Source: a virus. Taken from it: a stretch of DNA of 64,000 nucleotides. Positions 26,726 to 37,702 of this stretch are shown here, piece by piece. The stretch's first letter is position 1, and every line of letters begins with the position of its first letter. Position numbers and translations under genes: made by a program. The stretch lies in the IMG/VR virus record IMGVR_UViG_3300020152_000019. The stretch is one strand, 5' to 3'. The notes beneath the pieces were generated by a model. The model did not search any database. It worked only from the letters and a program-made list of their open reading frames with translations, and was not told the origin of the DNA.

Positions 26726-29602
26726 TTAAGTTAACATGAATGATACCGATACGTCTTCTTTCAGGTTGTACCCATCAGCCTCGGTAATAAGAAGCTTATT
26801 CAAACTCACTCTAGCATTTGCATCCAGAATGTTTATATATTCTTCATTAAGTTCAGTAAACTCGTCAATACTAACACTGTTGACAAACTCTTTTAATTTA
26901 TTAAATAAGACGTTTAACAGTTCAGTCTTACTTAACGAAGTCGTGTTGTACAAATAAGTATCAATTTCATCTACAATCGTATAAACAATACTGTCACGAG
27001 TTTCAATGTCATTGTAAACACGTTCATTCACAAATACATTCACTCTAAACTTTTGCATCGAATTAATATATGTCGTCTTAGTCGGTGTCTTGACTTTGAT
27101 CTGACTGATATTCTTCGGAACCACTACAAAAGCTTCCGTATTCTCTAACAATTGGTTTTGAACGACATTCGCATTCTCGACGATCTGTTCCGTCAAATAC
27201 GTTTTGACATATGCTCTATAATCTTTAATGATCGTCTTATTGCTGATCGTTGCTTTATAATCGATAAATAATAGATTAATATAACGATTTAATTCAAGTT
27301 CATTCACTGGAATGGGTTTACCATGTTCATCTAACTTAATGTCACCTTTACGATGTACGTAAACGATTTCATTTTGACCATTGTAAACAATATCGTTAAC
27401 CTGGTGCACGATTTCATTCTGTGCATTATAGACTGTATTTTTATATCTTAAAGGAACGTCTTCTTGATGTATTTCATATTCATAAATACCAGTGCTGGTA
27501 TGCACCTGAGTAAACAGTCGTTCTAGATAATCGCCAAACTTGACTTTGATTTCTTCTAACGTAACTACTGCTCGACCAACAGCTAAATAGCTGTTATAGA
27601 TATAGTTATCCAAATCAGAAGCAATGTAATTGCCAGGCACGATATTACTAATATAGATGATCTCTAAATTACTATTGAGATCAAGACTAATGTTAGCAAC
27701 ATTGTCATTGACATCTTTAAAGTTACTGACACTGATCCGATTGTTCGCATCAATGTAGTAATTACTGTTCAATTCAAACCGATAAACAGGATTATCATTA
27801 ATCGTTGTAAACAGTCTACCTTCAAGATAGAAAGCACTATCGTCGTTATCACGATACACGATGTAAGGCTTCACATTCGTTTCATTAATCGTGTTCACAT
27901 ATTTCTTTAAGTTCGCAAGAATATCAATGACGAACCCATTCGGAGTCTTAACGATATTCGTGTTGCTGGTATTAATACCTACTTTTGCAGTAGGATTGAA
28001 TTCTTTAAAGTTAATTTGTTTAATGACAGGTTTACTGATGTCATAGGCACGTAAATTAGTTTCATCATCAGTAGTATCGAGTACATAATGATAGAATACC
28101 GACAGATACTTATTATTGTTAACAGCAGTTGTTAAATCAATGTCTGATAAACTGATAAGCTGCGTATGCTCTGTTTTATCCAGAATCCGCAGTCCGTCTT
28201 CCGTCATCTTGAAGATAGTATTTTCAGGAATGATCGTAACGTGATCATTGATAGCAATTACGCCATTTGTATTTAAACGCAAGTGACTCACTGTCGTTTT
28301 GTATTCCATGATATCTAAGTTGAACTTAGTAATCGGATAACGAGTCGTCGCGTTAGGAATACCGCATTCTAATAAGAACATGCGTTTAGTGACAACGTCA
28401 ATATCTTTAATCAACTTAAAGTTATTTTGACCACTGGAGAAAGCAATCTGCTTGCTTGTAATCGGTAGTTTACGATCGCCGATACTGTTTTCAATAACGT
28501 TATTCTTCAATTCAATAAAAGGCATTTTACCTTTACCAGCAATCACTTCATCTTTAATATAGATAACTTTAGAGATAAGTTGCAATGGCTCGGTATATTG
28601 ATCTAATTCTTCTTCTTGGAACACTGGGTTGTATTCCACACTGAAGTCGCTGATCTTGTAATCATTGAAGTTAACATTGATTTCACCGTTTGTGGTATAA
28701 ATCAAGAACTTGACTTTTGTACCAATCTTTCCACTGTTAACGTAAACAGGAGGAATGTAGTATTCTAAGCTATTGCTTTCTTGTAAAACCTTAATGATAC
28801 AAGTAGGCTTATAAATATCATACACTTGATCGGTATGAGTAACTAACATTTCATTCCACTTACTGTCTTTAAAGTAGAATGCTCTAAAATAATAAAACTG
28901 TCGATTGGGATTATATGTGATATTGTTTTTAAACAGTTTAGATTTCTCTACAGGAATCTCTACTGTCTCAATATCAATTTCTGGTAACTTCAATTCAAAG
29001 TTCAAATACGTTTCGTTTTGATTGAGCTTATAGATGTTGAAGTTAATGTAGTTAGTTTGGATCGGAAACAAGTTATTGAAATCTTGATTCTCGAACTTTA
29101 CGTCAATAACACCATTTTCGGTTAAACGAATAATGATCGCGCTAGTTAGAGTAAAGATGTACTTATCAACAGAAAGTTTGAAATGCCTAGGTAACTTAAG
29201 AACATATTCTTTCTGAATAGGATCGTAAGTGGCTTTACTAGTAAAGTCATTAAACAGAATATTAAACAATACGTTTGCATGTGCTGGTTCAGAGAAACGA
29301 CCCAGATAGTCTTCATCCGACATATGAAGATACAAGTCTTCTTCTTGGTTAGCTAAGCGAGGATACAGCTTTCTCGTTAACAGTGTATACTCTTGCACAG
29401 CAAAAGCGGTGTTTAAGCAATTGGTTTCTAATAGATAAGTAAACGGATTCGAAGGATCGGTAATTTCTACCTTACCAGCTAACATATCTTGTAATCTGTT
29501 TAAAGATACATTTAAAATACCGTTAGGATGATATTTGTATAGAGCTAGCTTATCTAACTCATCCTGTATGTTAAGATTTACACTAGGGGTGATATTGGGC
29601 AC
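26726..29602 (-). CDS. large virion structural protein (baseplate wedge-like)
   Basis: 958 aa; lies at the start of the phiKZ-like structural block; function inferred. Confidence 0.55.
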   Translation of the reverse strand: MPNITPSVNLNIQDELDKLALYKYHPNGILNVSLNRLQDMLAGKVEITDPSNPFTYLLETNCLNTAFAVQEYTLLTRKLYPRLANQEEDLYLHMSDEDYLGRFSEPAHANVLFNILFNDFTSKATYDPIQKEYVLKLPRHFKLSVDKYIFTLTSAIIIRLTENGVIDVKFENQDFNNLFPIQTNYINFNIYKLNQNETYLNFELKLPEIDIETVEIPVEKSKLFKNNITYNPNRQFYYFRAFYFKDSKWNEMLVTHTDQVYDIYKPTCIIKVLQESNSLEYYIPPVYVNSGKIGTKVKFLIYTTNGEINVNFNDYKISDFSVEYNPVFQEEELDQYTEPLQLISKVIYIKDEVIAGKGKMPFIELKNNVIENSIGDRKLPITSKQIAFSSGQNNFKLIKDIDVVTKRMFLLECGIPNATTRYPITKFNLDIMEYKTTVSHLRLNTNGVIAINDHVTIIPENTIFKMTEDGLRILDKTEHTQLISLSDIDLTTAVNNNKYLSVFYHYVLDTTDDETNLRAYDISKPVIKQINFKEFNPTAKVGINTSNTNIVKTPNGFVIDILANLKKYVNTINETNVKPYIVYRDNDDSAFYLEGRLFTTINDNPVYRFELNSNYYIDANNRISVSNFKDVNDNVANISLDLNSNLEIIYISNIVPGNYIASDLDNYIYNSYLAVGRAVVTLEEIKVKFGDYLERLFTQVHTSTGIYEYEIHQEDVPLRYKNTVYNAQNEIVHQVNDIVYNGQNEIVYVHRKGDIKLDEHGKPIPVNELELNRYINLLFIDYKATISNKTIIKDYRAYVKTYLTEQIVENANVVQNQLLENTEAFVVVPKNISQIKVKTPTKTTYINSMQKFRVNVFVNERVYNDIETRDSIVYTIVDEIDTYLYNTTSLSKTELLNVLFNKLKEFVNSVSIDEFTELNEEYINILDANARVSLNKLLITEADGYNLKEDVSVSFMLT

Positions 29603-29613
29603 AGTCTTTCTCC

Positions 29614-30828
29614 TTAACCTGAATATTCTTCACTTCTGTCTACACCATAGTTTTCGATTTTATCTTTAAAATCTTTATCGTTGGCGTTGGTAAACAAACG
29701 GCCATCAACCCACCATTCTAATTCATTCGTGACAAGATTGATATATGGGTAAGCACGATGATTTACGTTAAAGAAGTTATTACTAAAGACACTTGTATCC
29801 ATACTCATGGATAAGTAATGAGGAAGCTTCACATACGGACAACCTGGTATTTTATAACTAACCATTCCGTTGTCTCTAGCTTTAAGCTCATCACTCGCAT
29901 CACCCATATCGTAATCCAATACTTTCTTCATTCCGGGATTGAAGATAGCAAGTGTCTTATTGAATTCGAGTTTAAGGATGTCTTCAAAAGCAGTAAAGCC
30001 TAAGCTTCTGAAACGAATATTGATTTCGCTATTCTTTGTGTTATAAGGTGTATCGATATTAAAATCGAAGAGATTGCCGGTGGGGACGTTGATGGGGAAA
30101 CTAGCACCAGTAGCCGCTATATAAGTGACATAGCGTTTTTGTTGGTCTAGAATCACGCGATAGATACGAGTATTATAATCAATCTCGTTCTCAGTGATCA
30201 TGTCGATATAAGGATTGAGAATGCCTTCAAACACTAAGCTTTCGTATTTAATCCAAATATAGAATAAGTAGATAAGAGGATTACCTTTGGTGTTTCTAAA
30301 AGTAGCATCTAAATCAAAACTTTCGAAATGGTTTGTAGTACCATCAACAAAGCTATGTTCTTCTCCGTATAATCCCGCTTCGCTAGTGTAGGTAGGAACA
30401 GCTAAGTCAGGCCAACCAGAGATTGAGACAAGGTTATTTGTTAGAATCGAAAAGAAAGGATTTTGACTATCCACAAACGGACACTTTAAACCATTGTTCA
30501 ACGCTAAACGAGGGTCAAGTGCTAAACGAGTAAAACGCTGATAACTTAATTCGTTATTAGTAAGAAGGTTATAGAACCCACGGTAGTTGGTAATATTGAA
30601 GTTATGTAGGTTTAATTGAGGACGGGTAAAGAACGTAAAACCGTACATATCTTTAGACCGAGGAACCACATTTCCTGTCTGTCTAAAGTTAATACCGAAC
30701 ATGTTATTACCGAGTGCTTTCGCTACACTACCGATGGGTAAATTTTCAAGCATCTGGTCGATGGACGAGTCAAATACGATCTCCCCGCCACCTGACGCTT
30801 GATTACTATTTAAATCGTCAATAGCCAT
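29614..30828 (-). CDS. virion structural protein (tube/baseplate-like)
   Basis: 404 aa, FFTRPQLNL...ISGWPD motifs. Confidence 0.55.
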   Translation of the reverse strand: MAIDDLNSNQASGGGEIVFDSSIDQMLENLPIGSVAKALGNNMFGINFRQTGNVVPRSKDMYGFTFFTRPQLNLHNFNITNYRGFYNLLTNNELSYQRFTRLALDPRLALNNGLKCPFVDSQNPFFSILTNNLVSISGWPDLAVPTYTSEAGLYGEEHSFVDGTTNHFESFDLDATFRNTKGNPLIYLFYIWIKYESLVFEGILNPYIDMITENEIDYNTRIYRVILDQQKRYVTYIAATGASFPINVPTGNLFDFNIDTPYNTKNSEINIRFRSLGFTAFEDILKLEFNKTLAIFNPGMKKVLDYDMGDASDELKARDNGMVSYKIPGCPYVKLPHYLSMSMDTSVFSNNFFNVNHRAYPYINLVTNELEWWVDGRLFTNANDKDFKDKIENYGVDRSEEYSG

Positions 30829-30883
30829 AATAAATACCCTAAAAATATTGTGATTTTCAACTGATTTGCAAAGGAATAAAATT

Positions 30884-32047
30884 ATGGCAACCGCTAACGG
30901 GGAACCTGGAGTTCTGGAAGTTATTCGTAATGTAATCGTGACCTATAAAGGTACTGTCGGCGATCCAGTTTCTCTTGCTGACATTTCCAAAATTGCACGT
31001 ATTGAACCCATTACGTTGATCTCTTCCAATCTCGCTGGAAATAAAGAACTCTATAACATCCTGCACGGTGTTTTAAATATTTACGCTGCTTACTATTTAC
31101 AAGCAGTGCATATTCTGTCGGCCCAGTTAGCTGACGTTCGTATTTTAAAGATTTTAGATAAGACTAATCCTGATCGTGACTTAAAGACGCTGTTAGCTTC
31201 TGGTTATACTGCGTATGAAAGTTTTGGTTCTAGTTCCAAGAACATTAAGACGCTGTCGCTGGAAGGTTGCCAATTCAAGCTGCCGATGTTAAAGTCGGAT
31301 AAGACGGAACTGGCTATGGAAGATATTTTCAACGAAGACGATACTAACAGCTTAACTTCTTCGATGCGTAAACTGGATACGTTTGAAAAGCTCGGTTCTG
31401 CGGTTGGTAAAGTGATCGAACTGAAGTTTAACGTCAAAGCTAAAGAAGATTCGAAGGGTAAGCCTGATGAAGTAACCATCCCGGTTGTGGTGAAACTGGA
31501 TAACATGGTTATTCCTTCTGAAGTGATTGACCGTATCATTACTTCTAATAAGGATGAGATTACTTTAGGTAGTCGTTTCAAAGACGCTATTTCTGGTCGT
31601 ATCAGCTTCATTAAAGACTTCCTGCTCTGCTCTGATTTGATCAAAGCACAGAAGAAGACGATGATTAAAGATCCGACTGGCTATTACAATCAACTGTTAA
31701 AGCGTATTAATAACTCTCGTTTGTATTCTGCTCTGTCTGGGAATATCTCGTTGGCTGGTATTTCCAGTATCGTGGTGATCTCTGAGCAAGATGAACAAGA
31801 AGTGCAAAAGTTGATCGGTGGTAAGCTGACGAACCAAAAGACCCGTGATATCGTTTTCGACAATACCTCTGCGATGATGATCGTAGTGGTTGATAGCGAA
31901 TGGGAACGTGTATCGATCTATGTTAAGGATATCGATGGGTTCTCTCAGAATTCCTTCGACAGCTTTAAGCCGATGGCTGATAAAGGTAACAACAATATCA
32001 CTGACATCCTGAAAGCTTTCTCCCTTAACAATGCACCGTCGTTCTAA
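30884..32047 (+). CDS. virion head protein
   Basis: SLADISKIARIEPITLI motif; AME-D processing motif. Confidence 0.6.
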   Translation: MATANGEPGVLEVIRNVIVTYKGTVGDPVSLADISKIARIEPITLISSNLAGNKELYNILHGVLNIYAAYYLQAVHILSAQLADVRILKILDKTNPDRDLKTLLASGYTAYESFGSSSKNIKTLSLEGCQFKLPMLKSDKTELAMEDIFNEDDTNSLTSSMRKLDTFEKLGSAVGKVIELKFNVKAKEDSKGKPDEVTIPVVVKLDNMVIPSEVIDRIITSNKDEITLGSRFKDAISGRISFIKDFLLCSDLIKAQKKTMIKDPTGYYNQLLKRINNSRLYSALSGNISLAGISSIVVISEQDEQEVQKLIGGKLTNQKTRDIVFDNTSAMMIVVVDSEWERVSIYVKDIDGFSQNSFDSFKPMADKGNNNITDILKAFSLNNAPSF

Positions 32048-32059
32048 TGAGGTTTTAAC

Positions 32060-32983
32060 ATGTCTATGAACATTGCTGGTTTTATTAAAAAGCTGTTGCC
32101 TTCTTTCGATAAGAGTGATCTGGAAAGTGATCTTGAGATTTCGTTAGAAAGCATTGCTACTATTCAAGAGACTTACACTAATTTAGAACAAATCACGAAA
32201 GTTGCTAAGTTAGAAGCTAAGGTTAATAAAGATCTGATTAAAGAGTTTTATAAAGAACTCGATACTATCAAGCACGTTAGACTTTCTCCTGCTAAGAATA
32301 TCGCTTTAGATACGCTCACGCTGTTTAAAAACGTGAAGATCAATGGTGATTATCTGCATAAGGAAATCTCTGACGCAGTCAATGACGTGGTTGTCAGCGG
32401 TGCGTTAACGGCTTATAAAGCTAATCTGCTGCGTGCAGTAGCGCACTACTACTTCATGACTCGTTTTGCTTTAGATCTGGCTAACTTCTTCTATATTGCT
32501 GAATCCGAAGAAGCGGGTATGGAACTCGGTAAAGACTATAAGCTTAACAACAAGCAGAAAGAATTCATCGTTAAGAATCTGTGGATTTATGCACGTATGC
32601 TGTCTGTGTACGGTATGGATCACGATGACTTCAAATCTAAGTTGGAAGCTATTGATGAAATTACTCTTCCGAAAGATCAAGTGGATGAAGTAGTTGACAT
32701 TTATAATTCGGATAAGGTGGATGTGTTTAACAATCTGCCTGCTGGTTTCATCGGCTCGCCGATCTATTCTATCCGCTTAGTGTTCGCACAATGGGAAGCT
32801 GATCGGTATAAGAATCTGAAAGATAAAAAGAAACTGCTGGAACTCCGTTATCTGCATCTGAAGTTGATGAAAGAACAAAATCAATCGGATATCAATGTAG
32901 AGAAAGAAATCGAGTATCTGCAAAAACGCATCACTGATATCGATTACAAACTAGCTAAAATTGAGGATAGTGTCGATGAATAA
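32060..32983 (+). CDS. virion head protein
   Basis: 307 aa, ISLE motif, coiled-coil C-terminus. Confidence 0.6.
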   Translation: MSMNIAGFIKKLLPSFDKSDLESDLEISLESIATIQETYTNLEQITKVAKLEAKVNKDLIKEFYKELDTIKHVRLSPAKNIALDTLTLFKNVKINGDYLHKEISDAVNDVVVSGALTAYKANLLRAVAHYYFMTRFALDLANFFYIAESEEAGMELGKDYKLNNKQKEFIVKNLWIYARMLSVYGMDHDDFKSKLEAIDEITLPKDQVDEVVDIYNSDKVDVFNNLPAGFIGSPIYSIRLVFAQWEADRYKNLKDKKKLLELRYLHLKLMKEQNQSDINVEKEIEYLQKRITDIDYKLAKIEDSVDE

Positions 32984-33557
32984 CGTTCATATATTAACTA
33001 CATCTGGTTTCATTCTTCCGAATAATCCGCACTATACCGTGCTGACGAAAGAGAAGATGGCTGATGTATCTATTTTCAATAGAACCGCTTTAGTCTCCAC
33101 TGACAGCAATGTCGCACAAATGGTCGATACCAATCAGATCTATCATTCTGATATTGCTAACGAAGCGTATAAAAAATTTGAAGCTTCTGGTAAGTTTGAA
33201 GACTTCATGGCAATGATCGATATTGCTACTGATGTGCTGTCGAAGGTGAACTACGATACCTTCTTTGAACTGCAAGCCAATAACCGTCATATCTCTGCCT
33301 TTAGTATTAAATTGTGTAATGAATTGTTGAACGGAAATTTTGTTCGCAATTATCATGAATACGCTACGATTCCTTTTAACATCCGTTTTACTGCTGACAA
33401 CGGTTTAACGTCTAGTCAAGCAGCGGATAGAGTAAAGGCTATGCGTTACAGTAAGACTTATTACTTAAATACTTGGCAAAATCTGCTTAGTATGTTAGCC
33501 AATGATCGTTCTGCTTTCTCTACCTTCTTCAAGTACGTGTTTGTAGATAGCTACTAG
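32976..33557 (+). CDS. hypothetical protein in the head gene block
   Basis: ATG overlaps the previous stop. Confidence 0.7.
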   Translation: MNNVHILTTSGFILPNNPHYTVLTKEKMADVSIFNRTALVSTDSNVAQMVDTNQIYHSDIANEAYKKFEASGKFEDFMAMIDIATDVLSKVNYDTFFELQANNRHISAFSIKLCNELLNGNFVRNYHEYATIPFNIRFTADNGLTSSQAADRVKAMRYSKTYYLNTWQNLLSMLANDRSAFSTFFKYVFVDSY

Positions 33558-33566
33558 GAGTGTAAC

Positions 33567-34949
33567 ATGATTAAGCTGTTTGCACTCGAAGAAGAACAAA
33601 AAGATCATCTTGAAAATAATGAACTGTTAATCGATAAGGTTCTGAACTACGCTAAGCAAGAAAAGTCTCCGATGTCGTTAACGGCAGATATTCTCACGCA
33701 ACGTAAAGAACTTAAAAAAGAAATCAATGATAAGTTAAACGAACCACCGGAAGATGATTCTTCTGAAGGTGATGATAATGACTCTGATGAAAACTCGGAC
33801 GATAATCAAGATAACGAAAACACGGACGATAACGGTTCCAAAGATGACGACGGTAAGAAAGACGATGCTAGCGATAGTGACGCCGCTGATGACAAAGACT
33901 CTTTAAAGTCTCTAGTCGGAAGTGGTCTCAGTGATTCTTCTAAAGGCGAAAGCAAGAAAGAAGAAGAAACCGCAACGGAATCTTTCAAAACGAAGTTGAC
34001 GCTGTCGAATATCTTTGCTCCGATTCGTGATCACTACACGTATTATTCTACAGCGTTAGAGACGTTTAATTTAAGTGCTAAGAAATTAGCCTTAGAAGAA
34101 CAACCGATCGTGTACGTTAAAGAAGCGGTGGAAAAATCTCTCAACAATCTCGTTACTTTAGCAAACAGCTATATCGACAACAATACAACGTTTGCCGAGA
34201 AAATTGCTGGCTCTGTTAAAGAGTTAAACGAGAAACTGACTATCTTTAGGCAGTTTGTTGAAAATGAAAAATTCCATTTTACCAATAAACTTATTAACGA
34301 TAAAGATATTCTGAGCAATGTCTCTTGTCCTGGTAAATCTGACATCACCGAGACGGCACGGATCTTATTGAATTACGTAGAAGATTCTACTAAAGCTAAC
34401 GCTCTTGTTATTAATAACGAGTTTAATAAATTAAGTAGTGGTTATACGACCTCCAACTTCCAACAAGAAGAAGGTGATCTCGTCTACAAAACCGCATTAC
34501 CTGGTTTTAACATTATTCGTTTGCATCTTGAACCGTATGTTAATTACCTTAAAACCGATATTCAAGAATATCAGTATTATAAACTCAAGGTGTTAAAGAC
34601 CGAAGATCTTTACAATCTTGAAGCTATTACGATCAGTGAAGATAGAGAGATCAATCGTCTGCTTGACACGGTAGATAAACTCCTTGTCAATATCTCTTTA
34701 ACCACCGACAATTTAAAAGATATTAACACTCACTTTACTAAGTTTATTGATGACATTAAAGTCATCATCTTCGACATAGAAAAAGATAAATATAAAGATT
34801 TAGCCTCTATAGATATTGATAGTAAAGTCCAAGACTTTATTAAGTTTAAACTGGTTATTGAAAGCAGTTATATAAACATTAACACAATGATTGAATACAT
34901 GACGAGTGTAATGTCGGTATTAAATATTTGTGTTGAATTAAAAGACTAG
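33567..34949 (+). CDS. head/inner-body protein with acidic propeptide
   Basis: ALE, ATE and ALE motifs; D/E/N-rich tract before ATE. Confidence 0.7.
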   Translation: MIKLFALEEEQKDHLENNELLIDKVLNYAKQEKSPMSLTADILTQRKELKKEINDKLNEPPEDDSSEGDDNDSDENSDDNQDNENTDDNGSKDDDGKKDDASDSDAADDKDSLKSLVGSGLSDSSKGESKKEEETATESFKTKLTLSNIFAPIRDHYTYYSTALETFNLSAKKLALEEQPIVYVKEAVEKSLNNLVTLANSYIDNNTTFAEKIAGSVKELNEKLTIFRQFVENEKFHFTNKLINDKDILSNVSCPGKSDITETARILLNYVEDSTKANALVINNEFNKLSSGYTTSNFQQEEGDLVYKTALPGFNIIRLHLEPYVNYLKTDIQEYQYYKLKVLKTEDLYNLEAITISEDREINRLLDTVDKLLVNISLTTDNLKDINTHFTKFIDDIKVIIFDIEKDKYKDLASIDIDSKVQDFIKFKLVIESSYININTMIEYMTSVMSVLNICVELKD

Positions 34950-35035
34950 AATTCTAGGCTACTAATTAATACTATGGTCAAAAATGCTTGACTATACGTA
35001 TAGTGTTAACAAACTTTTTTACGAAGGAAAATAAA

Positions 35036-36244
35036 ATGAGTAAGCTTTTTGCTCTGGAAAATCTGGAAGAAAACGTCGACGGCGTGGAACTCGAAGCAGC
35101 ACCGGAAGTTGGTGAAGTTGCTGACGTTCAAGTGGAAGTCGAAGCCGAAACCGGTGACGCTGATACCGCTGTTGCTGCTATCGATGAAGGCATGGGCGCT
35201 GCTGATCAACTGGAACAAGTTGAAGAAGTCGTCGCTGACGCCGCTGAAGGCGAAGGCCTTGATCCGGTTGCTGCTGAAGCTATCAAGATCGCTGTTGAAG
35301 CTATCTGTGCTCGCGTTGGCGCCAACCCGAAAGCAATGTACTCGCTGTACGCTACCGAGAACTTCCAATCCGCTTCGTCCCGTAAGGCTAACACCAAGAT
35401 CGCTCTCGAAGGCGTTGGTGAATTCCTGAAAGACATGTGGAAGAAGATTAAGGCAGCTCTGCAACGCCTGTGGGAAAAGGTTCGTGCATTCTGGGACAAG
35501 CATGTGTCGTCCCTGGGCCGTATCAAGAAGGCGCTGGAGTCGATGAAGGCCAAGGTTAGCTCTTCCAGTGGCAAGCTGAAGGACAAGGCTTTCATTGAAG
35601 ACGCTCCGAGTGGTCTGTCTGACGCAGTCGGCGGTGGCGATATCAGTGCTAAGTCGTTCGATTCCTTCGTTGCTGCTCACAAAGCTCTGCTGAAGAGTGC
35701 TGACGACGTTACCGCTGCAACCGCAGACTTTAACGCTGCTGCTGCCGCTGGTGTTGCTTCTGACGAAGCCGCTATCACTGCTGCTATCGGTAAAGTCAAG
35801 GGCAAGGCTCCTGGCAAGTCCGGTACGCTGGTTGGTGGCGTCACCATCGAGTACAAGTTCTCGGAAGAAGGCGAAGGCGTTGTCAATCTGGAAGTCGAAC
35901 GTGAAAACGTTGACAAGAAGGATAAGGGCGGTGTTTCGCTGGCTGAAAAGAACGACGTTAAGTCGGCTCTGGACGGCGTGCTGGCGCTGATCAACGACAA
36001 CATCAAGGCTAAGGAAAAGCAGAACAAACTGCAAGAGTCCTTCAACAAGTTCTCGCTCGCAATCGAGAAGGCCATCAATGGTGCTGACGCTGCTAAGCAA
36101 AAAGGTCTGCGCGATGCAATGAAAGTTGCATACAAGATCAACGCTAAAGCTCCGACGATTCAGAACGAAGTTCTGGGCCTGAACATCAAGCTGGCTAAGG
36201 CTGTGCTCGGCTACGCTTCTCTGTGCGTTAAGAACTACAAGTAA
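35036..36244 (+). CDS. abundant head/inner-body paralog A
   Basis: MSKLFALE start, ATE and ALE-G motifs, GC-richer biased codons. Confidence 0.8.
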   Translation: MSKLFALENLEENVDGVELEAAPEVGEVADVQVEVEAETGDADTAVAAIDEGMGAADQLEQVEEVVADAAEGEGLDPVAAEAIKIAVEAICARVGANPKAMYSLYATENFQSASSRKANTKIALEGVGEFLKDMWKKIKAALQRLWEKVRAFWDKHVSSLGRIKKALESMKAKVSSSSGKLKDKAFIEDAPSGLSDAVGGGDISAKSFDSFVAAHKALLKSADDVTAATADFNAAAAAGVASDEAAITAAIGKVKGKAPGKSGTLVGGVTIEYKFSEEGEGVVNLEVERENVDKKDKGGVSLAEKNDVKSALDGVLALINDNIKAKEKQNKLQESFNKFSLAIEKAINGADAAKQKGLRDAMKVAYKINAKAPTIQNEVLGLNIKLAKAVLGYASLCVKNYK

Positions 36245-36264
36245 TCTTTACTTGTTACTGTAAG

Positions 36265-36298
36265 AAGACTGCTAGAGGGTAACACCTCTAGCAGTCTT
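36265..36298 (+). terminator. intrinsic terminator
   Basis: AAGACTGCTAGAGG/CCTCTAGCAGTCTT plus T tract. Confidence 0.85.
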
Positions 36299-36367
36299 TT
36301 ATTCCCTTATGGAAAAATAGTGTGAAGTAATAACCTAGTTTATTTTAACCTGTTTAAGGAATATAAA

Positions 36368-37612
36368 ATGAGTAAGCTTTTCGCTATGGAAAATGACGAT
36401 ACCGGTCTCGTTGACGCACAATTGGAAGTAATGCCTGAAGAAGGCGAAGCTGCTGACGTGCAAGTTGACGTTCAAGAAGAAGCTGGTGGAGTCGCTGAAC
36501 AAGAAGCAGCCATCGACGAAGGTATGGGTGCTGCTGATCAACTGGAACAAGTTGAAGAAGTGGTTGCTGACGCTGCTGAAGGTGAAGGTCTGGAGCCGGT
36601 TGCTGCTGAAGCTATCAAGATTGCTGTTGAAGCTATCTGTGCTCGTGTCGGTGCTAATCCGAAAGCTGTCTATAGCCTTTATGCAACGGAAAACTTCCAG
36701 TCTGCATCTTCGCGTAAAGCTAACACCAAGATCGCTTTGGAAGGCGTTGGTGAGTTCCTGAAGGATATGTGGAGAAAGATTAAAGCCGCTCTGCAAAGTC
36801 TGTGGGCTAAAGTGAAAGCTTTCTGGGCGAAGCATGTGTCGTCGCTCGGTCGTATCAAGAAGGCGCTGGAGTCGATGAAGTCGAAGGTTGGTTCTTCGTC
36901 TGGTAAGCTGAAAGACAAAGCCTATATCGAAGAAGCTCCGAGTGGTCTGAAAGATGCATTTGGCTTTAGTAAAGACGTGAGTGTTGATTCGATTAAGGCT
37001 GTTATTGCCTCTCATCGTAATTTCACTAAAGGTGCCGATGATATCGCTAAGCATATTCAAGCGATGAATAACGTAGCTGATCATCTTCCTGACACTAGCA
37101 ATAAAGATTTTAGTAACATTCTGAGTGCTATTCTCAAGGATACTAATAAGACTGTTTCTTTAGGTAGTAAAGACGCTCCTCTGGTGGGTGGCGGCTATAT
37201 TACTTATAAGCTTGAAAGCGATAAAGCTGAAGGCGAATTCACCGTTGAAGTCGAACGTGAAAACGTTGAACGTGAATCGAAGATCGGTGTTAGTCTGTCG
37301 GATAAGGCTGGCGTACAAAGTGTTCTGCAAGATACGATCACTATCATTAACGACACGATTCGTCGTAAAGAAAAGATCGAAAAAGATAACGAAGCAACCA
37401 ATAAGCTGTTCGTTGCTATGGAAAAGCGTATCAATGAAATTGCTACTAATGGTACTCCGGAAGCAGTGAAGGCCATGCGCAAGATCATGAAGATTGCATA
37501 TAAGGCTAACGCTAAGTCGCCGATGATTCAGACTGAAGAAATTGGTCTGAATGTGAAGCTCGGTAAGGCTGTGCTCGGCTATGCTGCTCTGTGCATGAAG
37601 AACTACAAGTAA
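36368..37612 (+). CDS. head/inner-body paralog B
   Basis: N-terminal half nearly identical to paralog A; same C-terminal KAVLGY..LC.KNYK. Confidence 0.8.
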   Translation: MSKLFAMENDDTGLVDAQLEVMPEEGEAADVQVDVQEEAGGVAEQEAAIDEGMGAADQLEQVEEVVADAAEGEGLEPVAAEAIKIAVEAICARVGANPKAVYSLYATENFQSASSRKANTKIALEGVGEFLKDMWRKIKAALQSLWAKVKAFWAKHVSSLGRIKKALESMKSKVGSSSGKLKDKAYIEEAPSGLKDAFGFSKDVSVDSIKAVIASHRNFTKGADDIAKHIQAMNNVADHLPDTSNKDFSNILSAILKDTNKTVSLGSKDAPLVGGGYITYKLESDKAEGEFTVEVERENVERESKIGVSLSDKAGVQSVLQDTITIINDTIRRKEKIEKDNEATNKLFVAMEKRINEIATNGTPEAVKAMRKIMKIAYKANAKSPMIQTEEIGLNVKLGKAVLGYAALCMKNYK

Positions 37613-37620
37613 TCACTAAG

Positions 37621-37657
37621 AAGACTACCAGAGGGTAAAACCTCTGGTAGTTCTTTT
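37621..37657 (+). terminator. intrinsic terminator
   Basis: CTACCAGAGG/CCTCTGGTAG plus T tract. Confidence 0.8.
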
Positions 37658-37702
37658 ATCCATTTGTATTTTTTGATATACCTACAGATTAAGGAGTATT
37701 AA

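Noticed and set aside
35006-36100. 364-aa antisense ORF and other overlapping ORFs over the head paralogs
   Set aside because: Shadow frames caused by the strong codon bias of the sense gene; no RBS or recognisable motifs
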